Shown one piece after another: positions 29,371-43,251 of a stretch of 64,000 nucleotides of DNA. Position 1 is the first letter of the stretch, and each line of letters opens with the position of its first letter. Origin of the DNA: Chrysomallon squamiferum (Eukaryota; Animalia; Mollusca). A model generated the notes under the pieces. It had not been told where the DNA came from. It made no database searches and saw only the letters and a program-made list of their open reading frames with translations. The stretch is from assembly GCA_012295275.1 (NCBI GenBank), contig CM022673.1, forward strand, positions 17,732,001 through 17,796,000. The letters run 5' to 3'. A program made the position numbers and the translations under genes.

Positions 29371-30514
29371 GTATGTTTTAGTTTTTAAAAAATAGTATTT
29401 AAATATACATCATATATATATGCCATGCGCAGATAAACGCTAAATGCAATGTAAATTTATATTATTCCCCAAAATTCATATCAGCCGACGTTTAGACCTA
29501 TTTCACATGCACCATTACCATAGACTACATCTGTAGAAGAAATGTGCGAATCAGTGGAGTTATGGATCGATTCATTAATCCATTGATTTATCTTATATGT
29601 ATAGTATATAAGTATGCAGTAATATAGATAGAAAAAAGTATACAAAGTTACGTTAAAAAGAAAACGTAAGCAATTTTAAATAGGAAATATTTTTATTTGC
29701 GATGTAAAACACAAAATTACTAATGTATTTCATTATGCCATAAATGTGAATAATTTACAAAATACATTTCTAAACAAAATACATTCATTTCAAAAGATTA
29801 AAATATTTTATTCTCAGTTTCTTTGAACTAGAATGTTACGGTCGGGTTTTCTGTAAATATTTTATTGATATTGAAAGTATTAATACAGATATACGCACTT
29901 GTTGGTTTGCATGCGCTTTTAAAGGAAACTGATTTCAGTTTGAGACATACGTACACTACATACGTACACTACATTTATAACGCCAGCCCGTTTCTGAAAT
30001 CCGTACTGTCTCAAGACTTACTTACGTTTGTTAATGAATACTTTTTATAACATATCTTCATTTACAAGTAAAAAAAAATAAATAAAAATTAAACATCAAA
30101 AATAAAACATAAGAAATGTGTTCCATGGTTTGTGTAACTTGTTCTTCATAGAATGTAAATACTTAAAGAATACTAATTATTAACATAATCGGTCTCATAT
30201 GTAAAATATCACAGAATCATATGGCATCGCTGTTATCGTTATCATTCTTTCAATAATCTGACTGTATCGATAGTTCGATACATACTCGAACCATTATATT
30301 TGTAAAATAGATTGAATGTATGCTTATGAAAATGTATTTGTACCCTAATATCTGTCTTTATTTTCCCCAAAATATGACTGAATTCTGATTGCAAGAAAAA
30401 ACAAAACAAAACAAAAAACTACCGATTTCAATACCGTACATTTTCGTCTATAAACGCTTAAAGTTTGTAAACTATTTGTAAGGTTTCAGTTTGCACGTAG
30501 AAGAGTATTACACG

Positions 30515-30583
30515 TTATGTAGAAAATCTGCCTATCCTCGGAATACTTCGACACAGGCAGCAGGCCAGTACTACACCGAGAAT
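30515..30583 (-). CDS. Tetraspanin B exon 8 (ILGVVLACCLCRSIPRIGRFST*)
   Basis: 69 nt to TAA. Confidence 0.9.
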   Translation of the reverse strand: MLGVVLACCLCRSIPRIGRFST

Positions 30584-30634
30584 CTGAAAACACAAAATAT
30601 TTATAAACAAAAATAAATATTAATACGATATAAA

Positions 30635-30669
<35 letters not shown>

Positions 30670-31804
30670 ACAAGTTTGTATATATAAATATATATAAATA
30701 AATATAAAATATAAATCAATATAACTTTGTATACTTTTTATATATATAGTTTTATATTCTATCATTACTGTTTGGGATATCAATTTGCTTTTGTTTGCGA
30801 TTTTTTGTTTTTGTTTTTTTTTCGTTCTTGTTTTTTTTTCTTTTCTTTTATTTTATTTTTTTTTATTTTTTATTTTTTTTATTTTTCGGTCGTCTTGGTC
30901 TCTGCTATTTTAAGGAATTACTGTCCTCTGTAGTATTTTTATATGTGGAAATATTATTTAAAATAAATTACCTTCGTTCGCTTTACTTCTTCATATATCA
31001 TCATTTATCGCTTTCTTTATTTTCTGTTTTGTTTGTTTATTTATTTATTGTGTGCTTGTTGTTATGTCATACATATACTCCTCTTAAAGTATTTAATTAC
31101 AGTAGTTTTAGTCGCAGTTATTGTCAAACTGTCATTGTTGTATGTTTTGCGTTCAAAATGAATCGTCAAATTGAATTATATAAACATTTAATGTATTAGT
31201 GGATTTTGAATAAAAATGTTATGCTATTTTTAAATTGAATAGTTTGTTGTATTATCATATAAAAATTAACAAACAGACATAAATAGATCCTAATACATAT
31301 CAAAACGTCCCAGAAGGTAGAATTTATTTTACGACCACTTATAAAAGATTAACTACGTCCTGGGCCATAACCTCTAAAAGCAATCTCTGATCTTGTCTGC
31401 ACATTGTTCTTGTTTAAACGATAAAAAGCAAGATAGAGAATAACAGTTGTTGTCAAAGTGCAGGTTTAGTCATACAGTGAACGGTTTGTACACACTGCTC
31501 TTAATTATTGTTTGGGAGCACATGTTTTCCTCATGTCTGTGTGTATGTGTGTTGTGAAAATAAAATAATTCTAAGCTTGCCTCAACCACAGCCAGTCCTA
31601 TAGAAATTCCAATCAAAATCCCGTTGTACTGGCTGATTTTCGCTGCAATAACGCCGACACATCCCTGAAATATAAATTATCATTTCTATTTTATTTTAAT
31701 GTTACAGTAGCTTCATTTCAGATGAAAAATACATTTATCAAATGAACGAAAGAAGTATAACAGAAAAAAATAGATGGGAAAGGAGTCAGACAGACAGACG
31801 TAGA

Positions 31805-31888
<84 letters not shown>

Positions 31889-32344
31889 TATTTCTAGACA
31901 AATTCTTTTCAGTTAAGTTATTGATAAAAGAATTTCCTACAAGTAAGTCGAGAATTCGTATATGATATTCATAATGACCAGTTAATTGATGGATAATTAG
32001 ATATAGTTGTATTTGTATATTTGTGTTTGTATATTTGTGTTTGTATATTTGATGTTCACCTTAGTTTTTACGTTAGGTCCTCCTACGTCAGACCGAGCAT
32101 CTAACTGACACTGCGCCTCGTCCACTGGGACGATGTTATTGGGGTCGCGAGATTTTAGTACACAGCAGCTGTTGGGTACATAGATCGGACGCTATGAAAT
32201 GAAATATGTGAAATAAAATACTGCAATATATACTGTAATAAAACATATTTATTAAGAAATAACAATTGGCGTCCTCAACAAACAAAATGAAAATGCACAT
32301 TAATTAATATTATTAAATAATTGTTTAACATTATTAATTATATT

Positions 32345-32432
<88 letters not shown>

Positions 32433-33851
32433 GTGTATCTGTAACAGTATCGTCTTACTATGGTAATTTAAATTTCAGTAAATATCGTCCTATATTATTA
32501 TCTTTAATCACGTAGATAATTCTTTACACAGAATACCAGTCTTGACAGAGTTGACTACAATACTAAGTAATTCGAGTTATTTAATTTCCACTGATTAATG
32601 TACACAACTATTTCATTATATTGTCTTTAAATATGCTGTCGACCGTTACAACGACAATTCCTTCTGTAAGTCTAACGTTTCTCGAGTATTACTGACTTTA
32701 GGAAACTGTTATAATACTAACTTAATAACGAACTAACTAGTCGGAGCATGCGTGACTGGTTAATCCATTTAATACATTAATACGTGTATTTTATCACGTA
32801 CGTTTGCTATTACCAGTGATTATATTTTATAACCGCACAAAACATCCGTGTTTTAGGGTCATAACTTTTGCTATGAAGCCAAAACCAGTGATTTTATTTG
32901 TTTATGTTCATATAAGAGAACTACCAAAACATCCATTGATGATATAATAAATAATAATAATAATAATAAAATAATAATAAATAACATAATAAATAGATTT
33001 TTTTTTTTATTTTTTTTTTTTATTTCGTGGTTTTTAGTCGTAGTAGTAGTAGTAGTATCTCTGTTCTCAATATAAGAATGTCGTCTGTCTGTCTAGATCA
33101 CAGAATGCTGTGTCGACCACCCTGGTCAGAGCCACGCTATTTGAGTGTGACGGATTACTGTATACGTTAGTATTGTTACGCGTAGATAAAATAGTGCGCA
33201 CTTACTGATGTGTTTACTGGGAACACATTTCTGTAGTCCTTGTACCCATCAGCTCCACAGCAATCCATCTGTAATAAATAAATACTATATTATATCATAC
33301 CATACCATACTATACCACACAGCACTATAATATAATATAATATAATATAATATAATATAATATAATATAATATAATATAATATAATATAATATAATATAA
33401 TATAATATAATATAATCAGTCAAATAAATAAATAAATACTATACTTCACTACACTATACTATACAATACCATACCATACCATACCACACCGCACTATAGT
33501 ATAATATAATATAATATAATATAATATAATCAGTTAAATAAATAAATAAATACTATACTATACCACTATATTTCTCTATACTATACCATACCATACCATA
33601 CCACATCACACTGTAATATAATATTAAAATTGTGAAGTAACTTCTGTGACGTACGTAAGCTTGAACAAAATCCCAGGGACGAGTGTAAATATGTCTGCCT
33701 GGTCTGTAGTCCTCTCTCAGACTCACCAACAAATTTCGTCTGATACTTCCATAAATCTGTAACACAAACACACGTGAAAAACTGAGGTTAGCAATACGAG
33801 TGAACAAAAATACACAGGTAATACTTAAAACAATACAAAATAACTGAACGA

Positions 33852-33892
<41 letters not shown>

Positions 33893-36236
33893 AGACTGCA
33901 GCTGCGATATGTCCGAAAAAGACGACCACCAAGAGCTGATGTACTGAAAATTACTATACTACAACAGACTGTTTAATTATGATGTACTGAAAATAAAACA
34001 TACTATTACAACAGCTGAGAAAGATGTACTACTAAAATAAAATACTAGCAACAGACTGTTTAATCATACTACTATTACTGAAAATGAAAAAAACATACTA
34101 GCAACAGACTGTTTAATTATCACCAAGAGAAAGATGTACTGAAAATAAAACATACTAGCAACAGGCTGTTTAATCATCACCTCTATAGAGAAAGATGTAC
34201 TGAAAATAAAACAACAACAGACTGTTTAATCATCACCTCTAGAGAAAGATGTACTGAAAATAAAACATACTAGCAACAGACTGTTTAATCATCACCTCTA
34301 TAGAGAAAGATGTACTGAAAATAAAACTAACTAGCAACAGACTGTTTAATCATCACCTCTATAGAGAAAGATGTACTGAAAATAAAACATACTAGCAACA
34401 GACTGTTTAATCATCACCTCTATAGAGAAAGATGTACTGAAAATAAAACTAACTAGCAACAGACTGTTTAATCATCACCTCTATAGAGAAAGATGTACTG
34501 AAAATAAAACATACTAGCAACAGGCTGTTTAATCATCACCTCTATAGAGAAAGATGTACTGAAAATAAAACATACTAGCAACAGGCTGTTTCATTATCAC
34601 CGCCAAGAGAAAGATGTACTGAAAATAAAACATACTAGCAACAGACTGTTTAATTATCACCACCAAGAGAAAGATGTACTGAAAATAAAACATACTAGCA
34701 ACAGGCTGTTTCATTATCACCGCCAAGAGAAAGATGTACTGAAAATAAAACATACTAGCAACAGACTGTTTAATTATCACCACCAAGAGAAAGATGTACT
34801 GAAAATAAAACATACTAGCAACAGACTGTTTAATTATCACCTCTATAGAGAAAGATGTACTGAAAATAAAACATACTAGCAACAGACTGTTTAATTATCA
34901 CCTCTATAGAGAAAGATGTACTGAAAATAAAGCATACTAGCAACAGACTGTTTAATCATCACCTCTATAGAGAAAGATGTACTGAAAATAAAACATACTA
35001 GCAACAGACTGTTTAATTATCACCACCAAGAGAAAGATGTACTGAAAATAAAACATACCAGCAAGAGACTGTTTAATCATCACCTCTATAGAGAAAGATG
35101 TACTGAAAATAAAACATACTAGCAACAGACTGTTTAATTATCACCTCTATAGACAAAGATGTACTGAAAATAAAACTAACTAGCAACAGGCTGTTTAATT
35201 ATCACCTCTATAGAGAAAGATGTACTGAAAATAAAACTAACTAGCAACAGACTGTTTAATTATCACCTCTATAGAGAAAGATGTACTGAAAATAAAACTA
35301 ACTAGCAACAGACTGTTTAATCATCACCTCTATAGAGAAAGATGTACTGAAAATAAAACATACTAGCAACAGGCTGTTTAATCATCACCTCTATAGAGAA
35401 AGATGTACTGAAAATAAAACATACTAGCAACAGGCTGTTTCATTATCACCGCCAAGAGAAAGATGTACTGAAAATAAAACATACTAGCAACAGACTGTTT
35501 AATTATCACCACCAAGAGAAAGATGTACTGAAAATAAAACATACTAGCAACAGGCTGTTTCATTATCACCGCCAAGAGAAAGATGTACTGAAAATAAAAC
35601 ATACTAGCAACAGACTGTTTAATTATCACCACCAAGAGAAAGATGTACTGAAAATAAAACATACTAGCAACAGACTGTTTAATTATCACCTCTATAGAGA
35701 AAGATGTACTGAAAATAAAACATACTAGCAACAGACTGTTTAATTATCACCTCTATAGAGAAAGATGTACTGAAAATAAAGCATACTAGCAACAGACTGT
35801 TTAATCATCACCACTATAGAGAAAGATGTACTGAAAATAAAACATACTAGCAACAGGCTGTTTAATTATCACCACCAAGAGAAAGATGTACTGAAAATAA
35901 AACATACTAGCAACAGACTGTTTAATTATCACCTCTATAGAGAAAGATGTACTGAACATAAAACATACTAGCAACAGACTGTTTAATTATCACCTCTATA
36001 GAGAAAGATGTACTGAAAATAAAGCATACTAGCAACAGACTGTTTAATCATCACCTCTATAGAGAAAGATGTACTGAAAATAAAACTAACTAGCAACAGG
36101 CTGTTTAATTATCACCACCAAGAGAAAGATGTACTGAAAATAAAACATACTAGCAACAGACTGTTTAATTATCACGGGTTTTTTTGTGGTTCTTTTTTCC
36201 TCTTTTTATTATTTTTTGAAGCTATTGTTGTTATTG

Positions 36237-36271
<35 letters not shown>

Positions 36272-36530
36272 TATTATTATTATTATTATTAATATTATTA
36301 TTATTATTTGTTTTTAGCGGGATTGGGTTATTCAGTTTGAATGTTGTTGTTTAGTTTGTTAGATTTTTTATTATTTACTTTTTAAATTATTTATTTTATT
36401 ATATATATTTTTAATTTTTATTTTTATTTTTTCTGTTATTGTTTTTTGTGGAGAAGGGTTGCTGTTTTTCTTATTGTTTTTATCTCTTTTTTTTTCTTTT
36501 TATATATATATTTATTTATTTATTTATTTA

Positions 36531-36562
<32 letters not shown>

Positions 36563-37067
36563 CTTCTTTCCTAAGGTAGTTGTGATTAATGTGATGATTA
36601 TAAACTTTTTTATTTGATTCAGTTTGATGGATGATGATGTTAGAATGAATTAAGCAGAATTCTTACAAATCCAAGAAGGTATTTTTTCGTGGTCAGACCT
36701 CCACAACATCCAAAGACACCTACGATGACGATGAAGGCGCCGACGCCAATGAGAACATAAGAGGATACGTGAAAGAATCTGATGTTAGACTCCAACTCAG
36801 ACAAGTCTTGGATCTCGCTCACGTGGGGGTCAACCTTCACCCACACTCCCACGCCCAGCAGAGTGATCCCACAGAGCTGTGAAACAAAACAAACTTTAAT
36901 AAACTTAAAACAAAATCAGTATTAGATACTATTACATGGTTAAAGTGGTGTGATGCATGTCAGTGTCTCGATTCTCTTCTCTGTTCAGCAGGATTCATCC
37001 TCTGTGACGTTTTTCCAGGTACAACCAGAGCCGCAAGTCTTTTATGGCTATTTTCCTATTGTTGAAA

Positions 37068-37098
<31 letters not shown>

Positions 37099-37735
37099 TT
37101 TTTATTTTTAATTTCATTTTTTAATTTTTTTTTTTTAATTTATTAATATGTATGCGTATGTGTGTGTTAGAATATTGTGGTTCATTACATTAGCCAATAT
37201 GTTAGTAGAATCATTTATGTCAATATAATAACAATAATGGACAAAGGGGAACAACTCTAACGAAGTAACAAAAACTACGTCGACATTATAAACATTCCTT
37301 TTCCTGTTCATATTACCTGTTATTACTATTAATCTTTTTTTTTTTTTTTTTTATTTTTTTTTTTTACTGATACTAATACCAATACTATTATTCAACTACT
37401 ATACATTGCAAAACTGTTTAATATTTTGTATTTACAAATAATCGTTAGCATTTAAGTATAAACCGATACTTTATTTGTATCATGATGTCTTCTACAATGA
37501 ATTCATTAATTCCAAAAATATACACATGGAATTAAAATATGTACTTTGAAATTAAAGTATTTCAATTAATTTTATAAATCATTTTAGACTTTTTTCTTTT
37601 TTTTTTTTACAGTATTCATTATAAAATAAATACAATATTTATTTATCATTAAATTTTTGTACCACTTACCACAAATAGTACGTTGAATAAAACTAAGAGA
37701 ACTCTTCCAGAGGTATAGCCACATTTACACGTCAT
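30515..37735 (-). CDS. Tetraspanin B, tandem paralogue of A; 8 exons, exon 3 (TM3) damaged as assembled
   Basis: Same intron positions as A (exon sizes 66/210/~75/102/63/132/84/69); CCG, PNSCC and GC motifs; seven exons intact. Confidence 0.85.
31581..31664 (-). CDS. Tetraspanin B exon 7 (GCVGVIAAKISQYNGILIGISIGLAVVE), GC donor
   Basis: 84 nt as in A; boundary GAG|GCAAGC. Confidence 0.88.
32060..32191 (-). CDS. Tetraspanin B exon 6 (RPIYVPNSCCVL...QCQ...VKTK)
   Basis: 132 nt, AG/GT. Confidence 0.9.
33206..33268 (-). CDS. Tetraspanin B exon 5 (MDCCGADGYKDYRNVFPVNTS)
   Basis: 63 nt, CCG motif. Confidence 0.93.
33655..33756 (-). CDS. Tetraspanin B exon 4 (IYGSIRRNLL...RPWDFVQAY)
   Basis: 102 nt, AG/GT. 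Confidence 0.92.
33891..33943 (-). CDS. Tetraspanin B exon 3 remnant (YI/LLVVVFFGHIAAAVL), net 1-nt frameshift near its start, running into (GTA)n
   Basis: Aligns by eye to exon 3 of A; the last ~7 codons and a canonical donor are missing. Confidence 0.65.
33945..36175. repeat. Minisatellite, ~36 units of 60/61 bp, derived from the 3' splice site plus start of exon 3 of tetraspanin B
   Basis: Minus-strand unit gataattaaacagtctgttgctagtatgttttattttcAG|tacatctttctcttggtggt; 849-bp higher-order duplication. Confidence 0.95.
36667..36876 (-). CDS. Tetraspanin B exon 2 (LCGITLLGVGVWVKVDP...VFGCCGG..LLGF)
   Basis: 210 nt, AG/GT. Confidence 0.95.
37670..37735 (-). CDS. Tetraspanin B exon 1 (MTCKCGYTSGRVLLVLFNVLFV)
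   Basis: 66 nt, GTAAGT donor. Confidence 0.9.
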
Positions 37736-38368
37736 TCTGGTAAATAAATAAACAAAGAAGTGCTTAATAACGACGATTAAATAATAATTCTGATAAAAGC
37801 ACAACATTAATTTAAATAATGTTTATATTAATGAAATAAAATAATGACAACAACAACAACTATAAATAAAGAAATAAATATATTAAAATAAATAAAATAA
37901 AATAAAATAAATATTTATATGTTTATTTGTTTGTGCATTTGTTTGTTTGTTTGTATTAATTTACTTATAAACTAACATGCTAGCATTATATTATTATAAC
38001 GGAAATATCTGTGCACAAAAACAAGTATAGAAGAGAAAAACCGAGCTTAAAACGGCGATATTCCAAACGAATGAATAAACCGTTTCAAAAGCCGTTTTAG
38101 CCACGGTTCCGTAACAATAGTTAATCATCCAGATCATTGATTTCTAATTGGATTTATCGATATGTTCTAAAAAACCATTTGAGAAAATCTACCTTAAGGT
38201 CATGTGCCAAAGCATACTTATATATACATATACCTATTCATAGGTATATGTAAACATACAATATATTTAACATTAATTCACTTAAAAAGACAGCTGTTGA
38301 CGAGGTATATTTATACGTTTTGGAAGCTGTAGTTATGTTTTAGCTTTTGTAAATAAAAACATACCTAC

Positions 38369-38490
38369 CTGTTTGAGAAAGGTTTAGAGAACGGCTTCGT
38401 GATAAAAACGAATAAAATACACTATTATCAAATACCCTTTCGCTTCAAGAACACTGGGCGTGCGCAGAGAATGTAAACTTTGATATATAA
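38369..38490 (-). promoter_or_regulatory. Candidate non-coding first exon and TATA-like box of tetraspanin B
   Basis: Donor CAG|GTAGGT at ~38368; TTATATA at ~38484-38490; an acceptor lies immediately before the ATG exon, so an upstream exon is expected. Confidence 0.45.
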
Positions 38491-38621
38491 CTTGAGGCAC
38501 AAAAAGTATGTAATGTTATGCGAGTTTTCTGTAGTTTGCTAATGATGACGGCGATGCTGATGTTTCTATATTTGATACAATTGTTATGTTATAACGTCAA
38601 ATTACTATTACTAATATTTCT

Positions 38622-38659
<38 letters not shown>

Positions 38660-38676
38660 TTGCTTTTTTGTTTTTG

Positions 38677-38747
<71 letters not shown>

Positions 38748-39914
38748 TTTTATTGTTTCTGACACTCATGTTATATAGATTTCTAGTGCCCGGGGGCTGA
38801 TTAATTAGTAGAAACAGTTTTACGTTATCTTCAATGCTATTCCTTCGTTGTTCTGTTTTTTTCTGGATTCGTTTTGTATTTTTAAAAACCTGCACATGTT
38901 TGGTTTTTTTTAAAGTGAATATATTTCCATTATTATTATTTATTTTTTAATAACATCATTTTTATATATAAGGGCATATTTTACTTCTGAAAAACATCCT
39001 TACTTAATGTTTCTTGTTCATTTTATGTAAAATGTATATTTTTTAAAATATGATTTATAATAATATTATTTGTTGTTTTGTTTTGTTGTTGTTGTTGTTG
39101 TTGTTGTTTTGTTGGGTTTTTTGTTTTTGTTTTGGGTTTTTTGTTGTTTTTTAAATAAAATGTTAAATCGATAAAACTCAAACTGTAGTTATGGTATCAC
39201 TTTATCAATCTATTATCCAAGATGTCAAAGGATCCTCTCAATGCTAAAATACGTTTTACTGTGACAGATAGCGCTGCTGTTTTAGAAAATTAGTAAAAGC
39301 AAGAGAATATTTAGAATTTAACTTTTTTTACACTTAACTTTGTAGAGAAACAGCTTTCAAGATACGATCCCTGCACATATACTATTAAACATTGCTGAAT
39401 CATGTGCAGTTTTGTACTGTTTGTGAAGTGAAAGTATAGACCATGCGTGCGTTTGTGTGTGTGTGTGTGGTGTGTGTGAGCGTGCGGGTTTGTGTTTGTG
39501 TGTGTGTCAGTATAAGAATACAGTCACGTATCATGTTATGATAAATAAATAAGTACTAAATGAATGTAAAGTTTGTTTTAGTTGTTGTGAAGTATATTAA
39601 ACAGATTTGTTGCTGACGTCGATGAAATAACGTTGCCGACTGTCAAGACGTGTTTGTTTTCTTGTTGTAAGCGGTGAGGTATTATTAAAGAAAGGATTGC
39701 TGAAATAATCAGAAGAAAACATTAACGCGTGACTAGCTGATATCAGGGTTCTTTGTGTTCATAATAAAATCATCAGCCACGTCATTCTCGTCAGTTCGTT
39801 ATTATTTTTCATTGACTTTGATTGTGGCATGTTTCTTAAAGAGATTCTGAAAGAAGTATAAATATGGCAAGAAAAACAGGCGCAGAAAGACAGAGGAGAG
39901 GAGAGAGAGACAGA

Positions 39915-40008
<94 letters not shown>

Positions 40009-40495
40009 CTGAAACTACTACAATTAACAACATATTACTGTAGTAAATTACTATTACCATTACAATTTCTGCTACAGTCACAAATATGTACTATACTGAA
40101 CTACTGCTGCTAGTAGTACCACCATCACCATTACCAAAATTACTAGTACAGCTACAACGTGTACAAATTTCTTACCTGCAGACTACAACAACGACGTGTG
40201 TAGATTTCGGGAAACAAAACACAATTAGTAGTAAACATTTCAACTGCCTCAGTTTTCATTTCGAGTCTTAATCTATAAATAGATGGGCACACCACGCGGA
40301 CAAAGTGTAGAAGCAAGTCGAGTGAGAAAAGAGTAAACTTCACGTTGTGTCCAGCTAAGAACAGTTTAAACAGGATGTCAGCTTGCAAGTCATCTTCCTA
40401 TTCAGAATGACCAAAGCATGATGTCATTAATTTACTGAATGAAGGCGATTTTTAAACATTATTCTTTTTCCTTTCTTTACTTCTACACATTTGTT

Positions 40496-40534
<39 letters not shown>

Positions 40535-41696
40535 GCTTGGGATAAACTGTCTGTCTATTATCTGTTCGTCTGTTTCTCAGTGTATGTCTCTGTCTAGGTA
40601 TAGCGGTCGGTCTTCTTTGTCTGTCTACTGTCTAAAAATAAGTTTGAAAATACTTTCCATTTTTATGTTTGGATAACACAAAACAGATTATCACAAATGC
40701 AAAAAAAACGAAATTGAAATGCGAATAGGAAAAAATAAATTTCAAAAATAAATGAGTGAACAAACAATTTCTAAAATTAAAAACAGAGAAACAAATTAAT
40801 AAAGAATAATATAAATAAACAATATATATAAGAAAATAAGCAACAAAATAATAACAAACACAAACAGGCAAATAATTAAATGATTAGAAATAAACAATAC
40901 GAATAAGTAAACAAGCAAACAAATAAACAAAATAAGAAAACAAACTAAACAAATAAACAATCAAATAAACAATCAAATAAGTAAACAAACAAATAAGTAA
41001 ACAAACAAACAGATACCTGTTTTTACTTATACTGCGGTCATCCTGGGGTGTGCTGCAGTGAAAATCTCCGATGTATGAAAGTTCGCACACTGTTTTCTTC
41101 ATTCTGTCATCCTCGTCTGCCTGTAGCCTGTGAGCTCAGTGTGTGGTGTTACAGGATTAGCAGGTGAGTGGGTCAACACTTCGGATCAGGGGCGTTTACT
41201 GGAGAAGATTAAAGCAGTTAATCTTTGACTAATATAAAGTTTGAAATGTTTAGAGATATTTGTGTTCTTATGTGATTATTTTAACCATCACGCCAATCCT
41301 TCGTAGTAATAAAATACGACAATAATATGACAAACACGAGGAGATGAAAATGTCTGCCATTTTTTATTATTAGTCCTTAAAGTAGTTTTATACAGAAAGA
41401 AAAAAAAAAAAAAAAGAAAGAATATCTGAGGCCCAGTTTGTGAAATATTACGATGTTATCTTTCCTCAGACTGCCAAGGTGTTTGTGTACACAACGATAT
41501 AAAACAAGAAAAGTTTATTTTATTCCTCAAGAACTTATTAGTATACTTCGTTATTAACCAACGTTAAAATGTAACACTAATGTAGAGGATAAAGACAAGG
41601 ACTACAAGTTTTACAACCATTACAGTAAGAATAACTTCCTTACTGTTTGTTTGTTTAGCGTTTTATTTATTTATTTATTTATTATTTTTGATTTAC

Positions 41697-41728
<32 letters not shown>

Positions 41729-41763
41729 TTTGAATACTTGTTTGTTTGTGTATATCCTCGTTG

Positions 41764-41813
<50 letters not shown>

Positions 41814-42860
41814 CTATTCCTATTGTTCTCAAAAATGTATTTTAAATTAATGATAGGATTATCTTTTACCACATTTGTCATATTTGTGGTAATTATATAA
41901 AAATAATAATAATAATAGTAACAACAACAACGACGACGACATTAATAATAATGATGATGATTGATTAGTTGATTGACTGACTGGCTGACTAATAAATTAA
42001 TAAATGTTTTTGTTTAAAAACTTAACGAAAGCCGTTCCTAACTGAAGGGAAATAATCGATGTTTGCAGTCACGTTAGAGAAGCTTAATCGATTTTGTTGG
42101 AGTTGCTTCCCTTGCATTAATCCATATTTATTCGATCTGTTGGTCTCGCCACAACAGACGGATATGCCGTAGTTGAAAACCTTGCTGAAAACTTCGACGT
42201 TTTTCATTGTTCAATATCACACATCTTCTAAGATCGAATAAAGTATTTGCAGGTCTAGCAGCCACACGCTTCAAACGAGCAAGAGATTTTATTGTCAAAT
42301 ATTTTCATTTTGTCGCTGTAACACGCAGCGGGAATGTACAATACGGACTAGCTGGAAGTTGCCCCGACTTTTTTCGTCCCCCCTTTTTGTGTATTAAGTT
42401 CTTACTTCAGGTAGGCAAGTTTACAACTTAAAAAAAGCTTTTCCTAACATCGCTTTTAAACCTATAGATTTTGTACCTTTTTCCTTTTCTTTTTGTCTTT
42501 TTTATCGTTCAAAAGTGAATAATTTTAATTCATTTTTAAAACCTTTTTTTATATTTACGCAATTATTTGTGTGCATCTATTGTGTCATTTTATATTCAAA
42601 GTAATAATACTAAAAGATGAATTATTAAAGATATTATTATAAGGTTAAAAGATTAATATAAAACAAATGTTTATTATCTTATTTATATTATTTTTATAAA
42701 ATTGCTTAAAATAATTTATCCGAAGGTTAAATAAGTAAAATTAAAAATAAAAAAAAGTTCTATCTTTCTCACGCAAACTACATTTTCTTACGTTTAGTTT
42801 TCTTTCTTCTTCTTTTTTTCACCACATTCGAAATAAATAACTTCTTTCAATTCTAATTTA

Positions 42861-42924
<64 letters not shown>

Positions 42925-43060
42925 GTAATGGTAATAGTTAATAAATAAATAAATAAAATGAAGTAAAATTTAAAAAAATGATAATAATAATGAAAAACCG
43001 CTTTTATTTTATGTCAAAAGATGTTAAAAAGAAAGAAAAGAACAACCGTTGCTATTAATA

Positions 43061-43123
<63 letters not shown>

Positions 43124-43216
43124 TGTTATTGGTATTATTATTGTTATTTTTATTGTTTTTGTGATTATTAACTAAATAATAATACCGCGGAAAACTATTT
43201 GAGCGTCAAAAAAGAA

Positions 43217-43251
<35 letters not shown>

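Noticed and set aside
34529-35731. Two 117-aa hydrophobic repeat ORFs as independent genes
   Set aside because: They are runs of 60-bp array units read in the TM3 frame, with no promoter or start context of their own
41127-41163. Plus-strand 37-nt exon-like segment (cctgtag...cag|gtgagt)
   Set aside because: Isolated, with no partner exons identifiable; could be chance
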